64,000 nucleotides of DNA from contig JBFGLM010000004.1 in the NCBI GenBank assembly GCA_041576165.1, positions 82,865-146,864 of the forward strand, read 5' to 3'. The translations under genes were made by a program, and so were the position numbers. Numbering within the stretch: position 1 is the stretch's first letter; each line of letters opens with the position of its first letter. Below, piece by piece: positions 1-7,716 of this stretch. The notes below the pieces were generated by a model. It was not told the DNA's origin and made no database searches. It was given only the letters and a program-made list of their open reading frames with translations. This DNA comes from Acidimicrobiia bacterium (GTDB lineage Bacteria > Actinomycetota > Acidimicrobiia > Spongiisociales > Spongiisociaceae).

Positions 1-39
1 CCGGGGGTTGCGCCACCCGTCGTCGGGCGCGACCCCCGG
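1..39. terminator. GC-rich stem-loop, probable terminator of the gene left of the window
   Basis: CCGGGGGTTGCGCC (1-14) pairs with GGCGCGACCCCCGG (26-39). Confidence 0.5.
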
Positions 40-78
40 GACCTTCCTGGGACCTGATCCGACGGTACGCTCCGCCCG

Positions 79-1608
79 GTGCGCGTGGCAGTCCTCGATC
101 TAGGTTCCAACTCCTTCCGACTTCTGGTGGCCGACGTCGAGAAGGGCGGATCGATACGCCCGGTTCTGCGCGAGCGCGAACTCCCGCATCTCGGGGCGCA
201 GCTTGCCCGATCACAGCTGGTCCCCGAGCCAGCCATCACGGCGGCAGTTGGCGCGACCAAACGTCTGCATGACCTCGCTGTTCGAACGGGGGCCGACCGC
301 ACGATCGCAGTTGCAACCGCCGCCATCCGGGCCGCTGAGAACCGTGACGCAATCCTCGCCCGGCTCGGCGAGGCGGCCGGAACGACAGTCCGCCTACTCG
401 AAGGTGAAGAGGAGGCACGTCTTGGATTCATCGGGGTGGCAGCCAGCGTCGCCGTCATGGAGGAGCCTCACGTCACTATGGATCTTGGCGGCGGCAGTCT
501 GGAGTTCGCAGTCGGCTCCGGCCAGACCGTCGTATGGTCGGCCTCGGTGCCGGTCGGGGTAACCCGTCTTCATGCCGCTCACGTGGCGCACGACCCGATC
601 AGGTCGGATGAGGTAGCGGCAATTGCCGATGAAGTCATGACCACCATCGAAGGTTCGGTCGCCGAGATCGGGCGGCGTGACCCGAAAACCGCGGTCGCGA
701 TCGGCGGGCCGATCCGAGCGCTGACCCGCGTGATCGCGGCCCGCACACTCGGCTGGAGGCCGGGGATTCTGAATCAGTTCTACGTGACCGCGGACGAGAT
801 CCAGTCCACCATGGAGCAGATGATGGCACTCCAACGCAGCGAGCGGCTGGCCATTCCCGGCGTGAAGGAGTCCCGGGTGGATGAGATCACCACCACAGCG
901 GTCATCTGGAACGCGATCTTTGAGCGCCTCGGGCTGGAGCGGGTGTGGGTCTCCTATTGGGGGTTACGCGAAGGCGCGATCATCGATGAGTACGGAGCAC
1001 ATGCCTTCCCGGCGGGCCTCGACCTGCGGGCCGAGTCGGTCGCCCGCATGGCCCAGCGCTTTGTGAAGGACATGGTCCATTCGGATCATGTCGCGCACCT
1101 CGCCGGGAGCCTGTTCGCCCAATCCCGCCGCCTCCACGGACTGGCCGAGCGTGACCGCCGGCTGCTGCTGCATGCCGCCCGCCTCCACACGATCGGGATG
1201 AGCGTCGCCTTCAATGGTTATGCCCGTCACGGCGCCTATCTGGTCGAGCATTCCGAGCTGCGTGGGTTCTCACCCAACGAAATCGCCATCCTCGCGAGCC
1301 TGGTGCGCTTCCACCGCCGGGGGATCGCCGCCATGGAGTACGAGCCCTACCGGCACCTGACCAAAGCGTCCCGCACCCGGGTCGACGGCCTTGTAGCGTT
1401 ACTGCACGCCGCCGACGTCCTCGACCGTTCGCTCGACCAGTCGGTGCACGAGGTGGAGCTACGTCATGAGCCGGGCGTCATCCGTCTCCAGCTGATCGGC
1501 CCCGACCCCCACATCCGGAGCGACTGGGCAGCGAGCGCCCGGCGCGCCGTCAGCCATGCCTTCGAGACCGAGCTTGTCTTCGATCAGACCCAGCTCGTCG
1601 ACGCTTGA
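79..1608 (+). CDS. ppx: Ppx/GppA exopolyphosphatase with C-terminal HD-like domain
   Basis: DLGSNSFRL, ATAAIRAAEN, GEEEARL, DLGGGSLE and GLREG motifs; C-terminal AARLHTIG...H. TACGCT (66-71) lies 7 nt before the GTG. Confidence 0.92.
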   Translation: MRVAVLDLGSNSFRLLVADVEKGGSIRPVLRERELPHLGAQLARSQLVPEPAITAAVGATKRLHDLAVRTGADRTIAVATAAIRAAENRDAILARLGEAAGTTVRLLEGEEEARLGFIGVAASVAVMEEPHVTMDLGGGSLEFAVGSGQTVVWSASVPVGVTRLHAAHVAHDPIRSDEVAAIADEVMTTIEGSVAEIGRRDPKTAVAIGGPIRALTRVIAARTLGWRPGILNQFYVTADEIQSTMEQMMALQRSERLAIPGVKESRVDEITTTAVIWNAIFERLGLERVWVSYWGLREGAIIDEYGAHAFPAGLDLRAESVARMAQRFVKDMVHSDHVAHLAGSLFAQSRRLHGLAERDRRLLLHAARLHTIGMSVAFNGYARHGAYLVEHSELRGFSPNEIAILASLVRFHRRGIAAMEYEPYRHLTKASRTRVDGLVALLHAADVLDRSLDQSVHEVELRHEPGVIRLQLIGPDPHIRSDWAASARRAVSHAFETELVFDQTQLVDA

Positions 1609-1634
1609 ACCGACACGCTGCCGGGCCCGGGCGC

Positions 1635-2615
1635 TTACGAGAGCGCCGGCATTACTTCAGACGCGAATCGCCGCAGACCATCAGTGGAAAAGGCCACCTC
1701 ACCGAAATAGACGATGGCATAGCCGAGCCCGGCGTCGGACCAGGGCCGTAACCGGTCGATGAGCTGGCCGGGGGTTCCCGCCATCGGGCGGAACGTCCTC
1801 TCCACCATATCGACGCGATCTGGCTCGAGCCACTCAGCATGCCGGTCGCGCATCCAGCGGATGCGCTCCTCGACGTCGGCATCCGTGTCTTCGCATATCA
1901 CGTCGAAATTGGCCGAGCGGACGATCCGGTCGAAGTTGGATCCCACTTCGCGGCAATGGCCGGCCAGCACTGCCGATTTGCGGCGGAATTCGTCCACCGT
2001 GCCTCCAAAGTTGGTGTAATCGGCGTAGCGGGCGGCGATTCGTAACGTCAGCTTTTCTCCGCCGCCGGCGATCCAGAGCGGGATGTGCGGATCCTGGCGC
2101 GGCTTGGGCTGGCTGATTGCGCCGTTCAGCTGGTAGTAGCGGCCCTGATAGCTCGCCTCGTCCTCCGTCCACATGGCCCGCATGATCTCAACGCCCTCCT
2201 CGAGCATGCCGATGCGGACCGAAGCTTTGGGGAACTCGTAGCCGTAACCCAGGTACTCGTGTTCATACCAACCGGCACCGATTCCCATCTCGAGCCGGCC
2301 GCCGGAGATCACGTCGATCGTCGCCGCCACCTTGGCGAGGTACGCCGGGGGACGGTACGAGTTGCAGGTGCACATCTGGCCGAGTCGAACGGTATCGGTG
2401 GCAGCCGCCAGCGCCGCCATCAGCGACCACGCCTCGTAGGTGACCTCCTGACTGGGCTCGGGCACCGTGTGGAAATGGTCGTAGACCCAGACCGACTCAT
2501 AACCCGCTGCCTCGGCGGCACCGGCCACCCCCAGCAGCACCGGCCAGTGCTCATCGACCGGGAGGCCGGCCAGGTCCATTCTCCAGCCTTGCGGGACAAA
2601 GACTCCGAATCTCAT
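1635..2615 (-). CDS. LLM-class F420-dependent oxidoreductase
   Basis: MRFGVFVPQGWRMDL, VWVYDHFH, SGGRLEMGIGAGWYEHEY, WIAGGGEKLTL. Confidence 0.9.
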   Translation of the reverse strand: MRFGVFVPQGWRMDLAGLPVDEHWPVLLGVAGAAEAAGYESVWVYDHFHTVPEPSQEVTYEAWSLMAALAAATDTVRLGQMCTCNSYRPPAYLAKVAATIDVISGGRLEMGIGAGWYEHEYLGYGYEFPKASVRIGMLEEGVEIMRAMWTEDEASYQGRYYQLNGAISQPKPRQDPHIPLWIAGGGEKLTLRIAARYADYTNFGGTVDEFRRKSAVLAGHCREVGSNFDRIVRSANFDVICEDTDADVEERIRWMRDRHAEWLEPDRVDMVERTFRPMAGTPGQLIDRLRPWSDAGLGYAIVYFGEVAFSTDGLRRFASEVMPALS

Positions 2616-2669
2616 GGACCGGCACCATAGACGGCTCCTGCCACCACCCGGCTCCCGGGCCGGGCGCCA

Positions 2670-3596
2670 TCAGACCTCGGACGCGGGCAGAGCCACTCTG
2701 GCCCGGCGTTCCGCAAGTGACGAAACGGCCACCACTAACGCCGCCGATACGATGATGAGCACGATCGGAATGCCAACATCTCCGTGCGGCCGGCCGAGCA
2801 CGGTTGCTCCGAGGCCCGCTTCGTCTCCCAAACCGTTCGGCCACGGCCATAGAATCCGAATCGATCCCAGCATCAGGCCGATCAGGGCGGCGGTCACCAT
2901 GTCGTGGTGGCGTTGGAGGACCCGGTCGAGGAATTGCGAGAAGATCGCAAGGGAGACGACTGCCCCAAGGCCGAACACCGCCAACACGACGGCGTCGCGA
3001 TCGTTCACGGCTCCGATGACCGGCTGGTACATGCCGATCGACAGCAGGAGGAAGGAGCCACTGACTCCCGGCAGAATGAACGCGCAGATCGCCAGGGCCC
3101 CCGAGACGAAATACACCGGGAGCGCCGGATCGGAGGCCAGCGACGACTGGAATCCGAACACGAAGAACGCCACGACTCCCACCCCCCCGGCGACAACCGC
3201 ATGCGTCGACTCGGGCGATCGAAGGATCCTCCAGGCCACGACGATGGTGCCCATGATGAGACCCAAGAACACGGCTGCCATTCGGATCGGTTGGTCGTGA
3301 AGCAGCCGTTCGATCACCCTGGCCAGCGTCAAAATCGCGGCGGCCGCCCCCGCGATCAGCGGCAGGAGAAACAGCCAGTCAACTGCGCGTAATCCTTCGA
3401 AGCCCCGCCGGATGTCGCCCTTGAGGAAAGCGGCCAGCGCTTTCGACCCTGTACTGATCGTGCCGACCAAACGCTGATAGATGCCGGTCACCAGGGCGAC
3501 GGTGCCGCCCGATACGCCCGGCACCACGTCGGCCGATCCCATCAGGAATCCCCGGACGGCCACTCCCGCTGCGTCTTTGAGCCGGTTGGCGAGCAT
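2670..3596 (-). CDS. DUF368 family membrane protein (undecaprenyl-phosphate translocase type)
   Basis: Repeated GSADVVPGVSGGT / AFILPGVSGS motifs and many TM segments; start trimmed to MLANRL behind a GGAGG RBS. Confidence 0.88.
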   Translation of the reverse strand: MLANRLKDAAGVAVRGFLMGSADVVPGVSGGTVALVTGIYQRLVGTISTGSKALAAFLKGDIRRGFEGLRAVDWLFLLPLIAGAAAAILTLARVIERLLHDQPIRMAAVFLGLIMGTIVVAWRILRSPESTHAVVAGGVGVVAFFVFGFQSSLASDPALPVYFVSGALAICAFILPGVSGSFLLLSIGMYQPVIGAVNDRDAVVLAVFGLGAVVSLAIFSQFLDRVLQRHHDMVTAALIGLMLGSIRILWPWPNGLGDEAGLGATVLGRPHGDVGIPIVLIIVSAALVVAVSSLAERRARVALPASEV

Positions 3597-3703
3597 CAAC
3601 ACCTCCGCGGGTCGCGATGGCCGCTGCAACCAGAGCAGAGCGTGGTCATGATGGACCTCTGGGGCCATCCTTTCGCGCCCTGAGTGAAACTTGCTGAGCG
3701 TGC

Positions 3704-3732
3704 TTGACCCAATTTTGGAATGCAGTTAGCCT
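3704..3732 (+). promoter_or_regulatory. Sigma-A-type promoter of the candidate sRNA
   Basis: TTGACC (3704-3709)-N17-TAGCCT (3727-3732). Confidence 0.7.
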
Positions 3733-3739
3733 TTGGACT

Positions 3740-3899
3740 GTATCGGATCCTTCTTGGTTCCGGTACACCCCCCCAAACCAGCAAGGGGACGCGGGAACGG
3801 AAACCCTGGCGCCGTTGCCGGCTAACGCCCCCTTCGCGCTCTTCCATGAAGAGCAACGAGGCTCCGGTTCGACCCCCTTACCGGAGCCTCGTGGTTTTT
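3740..3899 (+). ncRNA. Candidate structured small RNA (~160 nt) with C-rich tracts
   Basis: Starts 7 nt after the -10 box; hairpins at 3740-3766, 3781-3837 and 3838-3854, then a terminator; no credible ORF. Confidence 0.6.
3856..3899 (+). terminator. Intrinsic terminator
   Basis: Perfect 12-bp stem ACGAGGCTCCGG / CCGGAGCCTCGT followed by GGTTTTT. Confidence 0.8.
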
Positions 3900-3997
3900 A
3901 GCCCCATCCCAGGCCGTGCGTGGCGGTTCGCATCGTCATGATCTCGGCGGAGTGGTGGGGTCATCGCGCCGTCCCCGCGGTGGCGTCCGTGGCCGGC

Positions 3998-4231
3998 TCA
4001 TAATGAGCCGGCCCGGACCGTGACCCGCTCCCCTCCGCCGCCCAAGGCGATCTGCGGGTTGTCGCCCCAGCGTGGACGTCCGAACAGGATGGCATGGGCC
4101 ACTTCGATGGCCGGAATGTCATAGCTGCCCTCGGCGACCCGGCGCGCCAGATGCGCCACCCGTCGTTCGCGCCAGGTCGTCGGGGCCTTTTCGCTATCCG
4201 GCTGCTCGTCTGCTCTCATCCGTTTCACCAC
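3998..4231 (-). CDS. FlgM-like anti-sigma-28 factor
   Basis: RERRVAHLARRVAEGSYDIPAIEVAHAIL matches the FlgM C-terminal pattern R..kV..L...i..G.Y.v....iA..il; sigma-28-type promoter directly upstream. Confidence 0.65.
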   Translation of the reverse strand: MVKRMRADEQPDSEKAPTTWRERRVAHLARRVAEGSYDIPAIEVAHAILFGRPRWGDNPQIALGGGGERVTVRAGSL

Positions 4232-4240
4232 TCTGGGTGG

Positions 4241-4268
4241 TTATCGACGGGTCAGCGGTCTAATTTGA
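4241..4268 (-). promoter_or_regulatory. Sigma-28 (FliA/WhiG/SigD)-type promoter
   Basis: Minus strand reads TCAA-N16-GTCGATAA; consensus is TAAA-N15/16-GCCGATAA. Confidence 0.6.
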
Positions 4269-4301
4269 GCACGTATTACCACCGAACGTGGCTAATGCGC
4301 T

Positions 4302-5372
4302 TCATACCGAGAATCTGACGAGCACCGCGTCGCCGGGTCGCACGCGGTAGTCCTTCCCCTCGACCCTGATATGGCCCAGTTTCTTGGCGGCGTCCCAACC
4401 ACCATCTGCAATGACGGTGTCAATCTGTGCCACTTCTGCCCGGATGAAACCCCGCTGCAGGTCGGAATGGACCTTGCCCGCGGCCTCCGGAGCAGTGGCG
4501 CCGGCCTCCACTGTCCAGGCATGCGCTTCCTTCGGTCCGAGCGTGTAGAACGTGATCAAACCCAGCGCCGCGTGGGTTGCCTGCACGATCCGCATGCGGG
4601 CTCCCTCTCCCAGACCGAACTCGGCAAACAACTCCTGGCGGTCGGCCGGGGCGAGTTCCGCCGCCTCCGCCTCCAGCCGGGCCGACAGCGCCACCACAGT
4701 GTCCCCCGCCGGGACGACCCGTTCGACGGCCTCGAGCAGCGATGCCGGGTCGTCGCCCTCATCGAAGTTGACCACCCACACGGCCGGTTTCAGGGTGAGC
4801 GGCGCGAGGTCGCGAAAGGCCTGGCGCTCCTGGTCGGACCACGAGTGTGCACGCAGGAGACTGCCTTCTTCGAGCAGCGCAGTCGCCCGCCCGACGGCGG
4901 CCGCGGCTGGTTTCTTGGACGGATCCGCCGTGGCTTCCTTGGCGATCCGCTCGCGGCGTCTTTCGAACACCTCGAAGTCGGCCAGCGTCAGCTCCACCAG
5001 AAGCTCTTCGGCCTGCGCCACCGGGTCGACCCCACCGACCTCGGGGGGAACCGATTCGTCGTGGAAGGCACGGAGAACCATCGCCAGCGCGTCCATCTCC
5101 CGCAGGCGTCCGATGAACTGCGTGCCAAGCCCCTCCCCCGCCTTGGCCACGGCTGGCAAGTCGAGGACTTCCAGGGTTGTGAAGACAGTCTTGGCCGAAC
5201 CCTCAACCCGGGCTGCAGCCAGCAACATCTCATCCACGACCTCGGCCACGCCGACGTTGGGCTCCGTCGTGGAGTACGGGTGAGGTGCGGTGGGTGCCAG
5301 CAAGCCGGTCAGCGCGTTGAAGAGGCTGGTCTTTCCGGTATTGGGGAACCCGACGATACCTATCCGTGCCAC
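4302..5372 (-). CDS. ychF: YchF/Ola1-family ATPase (divergent)
   Basis: GFPNTGKTSLFNALT, TTEPNVG, GEGLG, LITFYT..AWT..APEAAGKVHSDLQRGFIRAEV, RVEGKDY. Confidence 0.85.
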   Translation of the reverse strand: MARIGIVGFPNTGKTSLFNALTGLLAPTAPHPYSTTEPNVGVAEVVDEMLLAAARVEGSAKTVFTTLEVLDLPAVAKAGEGLGTQFIGRLREMDALAMVLRAFHDESVPPEVGGVDPVAQAEELLVELTLADFEVFERRRERIAKEATADPSKKPAAAAVGRATALLEEGSLLRAHSWSDQERQAFRDLAPLTLKPAVWVVNFDEGDDPASLLEAVERVVPAGDTVVALSARLEAEAAELAPADRQELFAEFGLGEGARMRIVQATHAALGLITFYTLGPKEAHAWTVEAGATAPEAAGKVHSDLQRGFIRAEVAQIDTVIADGGWDAAKKLGHIRVEGKDYRVRPGDAVLVRFSV

Positions 5373-5455
5373 GGCCGCAGGAGCATAGCTTTTCGCGGCG
5401 GGCGGATTCGGGGCTGGGTGCTGCCCGTCGCTGCCGCAGTCGCTACTGTCGAGGT

Positions 5456-6463
5456 ATGCGGGTGGCGGTCATCGGGTCGGGCTCGTGGGGCACCGCAGTG
5501 GCGGCCCTGGCAGCTCATAACAGCGACGTGGTGCTGTGGGCGCGCCGCCCTGAGCTGGCTACTGCAATCGCCGCCACCCAGGAGAATCCGGACTACCTGG
5601 CCGGCATCCGGTTGCCCCCACTCGAGACGACCGCCGATCTTGAGGCTGCGATCGCGGGAGCCGACGTGGTCGTGATGGGGGTTCCGTCCCACGGCTACCG
5701 AGCCGTGCTACAGGAGGCCGAGCCCGCGTTCAGACCCACCACACCGATCATCAGCCTCACCAAGGGGATCGAGCAGAACTCTCATTTGCGCATGACCCAG
5801 GTCACGACGGACGTGCTGGAGCTTCACGATCCGACGAGGATCGGAGTTCTGTCTGGGCCAAACCTGGCCCGGGAAGTGGCACTTGGTCAGCCTGCCGCCA
5901 CCGTGATCGCCATGCCCGATATGGCGCTCGCCCGGGAGATGCAGCAGGTCTTCATGACCCCCACGTTCCGCGTGTACACCAACCCGGATGTGGTTGGTGC
6001 CGAGATGGCAGGAGCGCTCAAAAACGTCATGGCGATCGCCGCCGGAATCGTCCGCGGGCTCGAATTCGGGATGAACACGCTCGCCGCATTGGTCACGCGC
6101 GCGTTGGCGGAATTGACCAGGCTCGGGATCGCGATGGGTGGCCAACCACTTACGTTTGGCGGGCTCGCCGGCATCGGCGACCTCATGGCCACCTGCTCCA
6201 GCGCCGAGAGCCGCAACAACCGGGTGGGCTACGAACTCGGTCGGGGGCGGCCGCTCGAGGACGTCGTGTCTGAAATGCAGATGGTCGCCGAAGGTGTGAA
6301 GACCACCGCCGCGGTTCTGGCTCTGGCCGCCGAGCACGAGATCGAGATGCCCATCGCCGAAGCGGTGGGTCGCGTGTTGCACGAAGGCGAGGATCCGCGA
6401 GACGCGATCGCCCGGCTCATGACTCGCGAAGCCAAGCCCGAGGGACACGGCATCGTCATCTGA
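5456..6463 (+). CDS. gpsA: NAD(P)H-dependent glycerol-3-phosphate dehydrogenase
   Basis: GSGSWGTA, SLTKGIE, LSGPNLA, GALKNV, GLAGIGDLMATC, SRNNRVG, VAEGV; start trimmed to MRVAVIG. Confidence 0.95.
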   Translation: MRVAVIGSGSWGTAVAALAAHNSDVVLWARRPELATAIAATQENPDYLAGIRLPPLETTADLEAAIAGADVVVMGVPSHGYRAVLQEAEPAFRPTTPIISLTKGIEQNSHLRMTQVTTDVLELHDPTRIGVLSGPNLAREVALGQPAATVIAMPDMALAREMQQVFMTPTFRVYTNPDVVGAEMAGALKNVMAIAAGIVRGLEFGMNTLAALVTRALAELTRLGIAMGGQPLTFGGLAGIGDLMATCSSAESRNNRVGYELGRGRPLEDVVSEMQMVAEGVKTTAAVLALAAEHEIEMPIAEAVGRVLHEGEDPRDAIARLMTREAKPEGHGIVI

Positions 6464-6528
6464 GGCCCAGCAGCAATCTCGCCTGTTGCGAACGCCAGCC
6501 TGGCGGGGGATCCGTCTATGGTCGCGGC

Positions 6529-7218
6529 ATGGCGCCGCGCACCGACTGGAACCCGCTGCTTCGAGCCGAGCTGGAGGAGCCTTACTGGCAGGAGTTGATG
6601 AATTTCGTGGCGCAGGAGCGGGCCCGTGGACCGGTCTATCCGCCGCCCGACGAGGTGTTCGCCGCACTGCATTTGACTGCGTACGGCTCGGTGAAGGTCC
6701 TGATCCTGGGCCAGGACCCGTACCACGGTCCGAACCAGGCTCACGGTCTGTGCTTCTCCGTCCGACCCGGAGTACCGAAGCCTCCCTCGCTCGAGAACAT
6801 TCACCGCGAACTCAATACCGATCTCGGTTGCCAGATCCCAACCCACGGTTCTCTAGAAGCCTGGGCGCGCCGGGGAGTGCTGCTGCTCAATGCCACGCTG
6901 ACCGTGCGGGCCCGTCAAGCCGCCAGCCACCAGAACAAGGGCTGGGAGACCTTTACCGACCGGGTCATTCGGGTCGTCAACGAAAAACCGGAACGCGTCG
7001 TTTTCATCCTTTGGGGATCGTCAGCTCGCAGGAAGAAGGCGTTGGTCAACCGATCCCGTCATACGGTGATCGAGTCGGCCCATCCCTCGCCGCTTTCAGC
7101 CCACCGGGGCTTCTTCGGCAGCCGGCCGTTCTCCCGCGCCAATCGCGCCTTACAAGACGGGGGACGTGACCCCATCGACTGGTGCATTCCTGAGCAAACG
7201 TCACTCAGCGGCGGTTAG
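6529..7218 (+). CDS. ung: Family-1 uracil-DNA glycosylase
   Basis: GQDPYH, PPSLENI, GVLLLN, HPSPLS motifs. Confidence 0.97.
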   Translation: MAPRTDWNPLLRAELEEPYWQELMNFVAQERARGPVYPPPDEVFAALHLTAYGSVKVLILGQDPYHGPNQAHGLCFSVRPGVPKPPSLENIHRELNTDLGCQIPTHGSLEAWARRGVLLLNATLTVRARQAASHQNKGWETFTDRVIRVVNEKPERVVFILWGSSARRKKALVNRSRHTVIESAHPSPLSAHRGFFGSRPFSRANRALQDGGRDPIDWCIPEQTSLSGG

Positions 7219-7257
7219 TTGGAACCGCGTTCCGACAGCATTCGGCGACCCGTATAG

Positions 7258-7557
7258 TTGAGATGGATGGCTGGACAGCCCCGCACGCGATCGACTCACA
7301 ATCGATCGTCACGAACTGTTGAACGTCAGGCAAGCGTTCCCACCGCCACTTCTCTGTTCGTCTTCCACGTCATCGACGCAGTGATGCTGATGGCCTCCCT
7401 CTTCGTCACCCTGGCTTCGATCCTGTATGTGGCCGGCGCCATCGGGCGGGGATGGTCAGGGAGAGCCGGTGGCGGTGGTGGGCTGGTAGCCGCGCTGCTG
7501 CTGTCTCTGGCCGGTAGGTGGCTGATGTCCGAGTATCAGGTGAAACGGGGACGGTGA
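7258..7557 (+). CDS. Small membrane protein, unknown function
   Basis: Two hydrophobic segments; TATAGT just upstream; true start may be ATG 7267. Confidence 0.55.
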   Translation: MRWMAGQPRTRSTHNRSSRTVERQASVPTATSLFVFHVIDAVMLMASLFVTLASILYVAGAIGRGWSGRAGGGGGLVAALLLSLAGRWLMSEYQVKRGR

Positions 7558-7716
7558 CACCCTCGGTGACGTCGGGCTCCCGACCGAGAGCCGGGGCACA
7601 CGATTTACGGTTGCATTGGGTTCGGGTACCGTTTACGTTTACGAGGGGAAATTGTCGTAAATGAGTCATTTCAGACCAAGCCCAATTGCCGTGTGCGCCT
7701 TAGGTTCGGCCGGCTA

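Noticed and set aside
3704-3941. Short ORFs 3704-3901 and 3720-3941
   Set aside because: They start inside the promoter elements, lack an RBS and run through the terminator; the ncRNA reading fits better.
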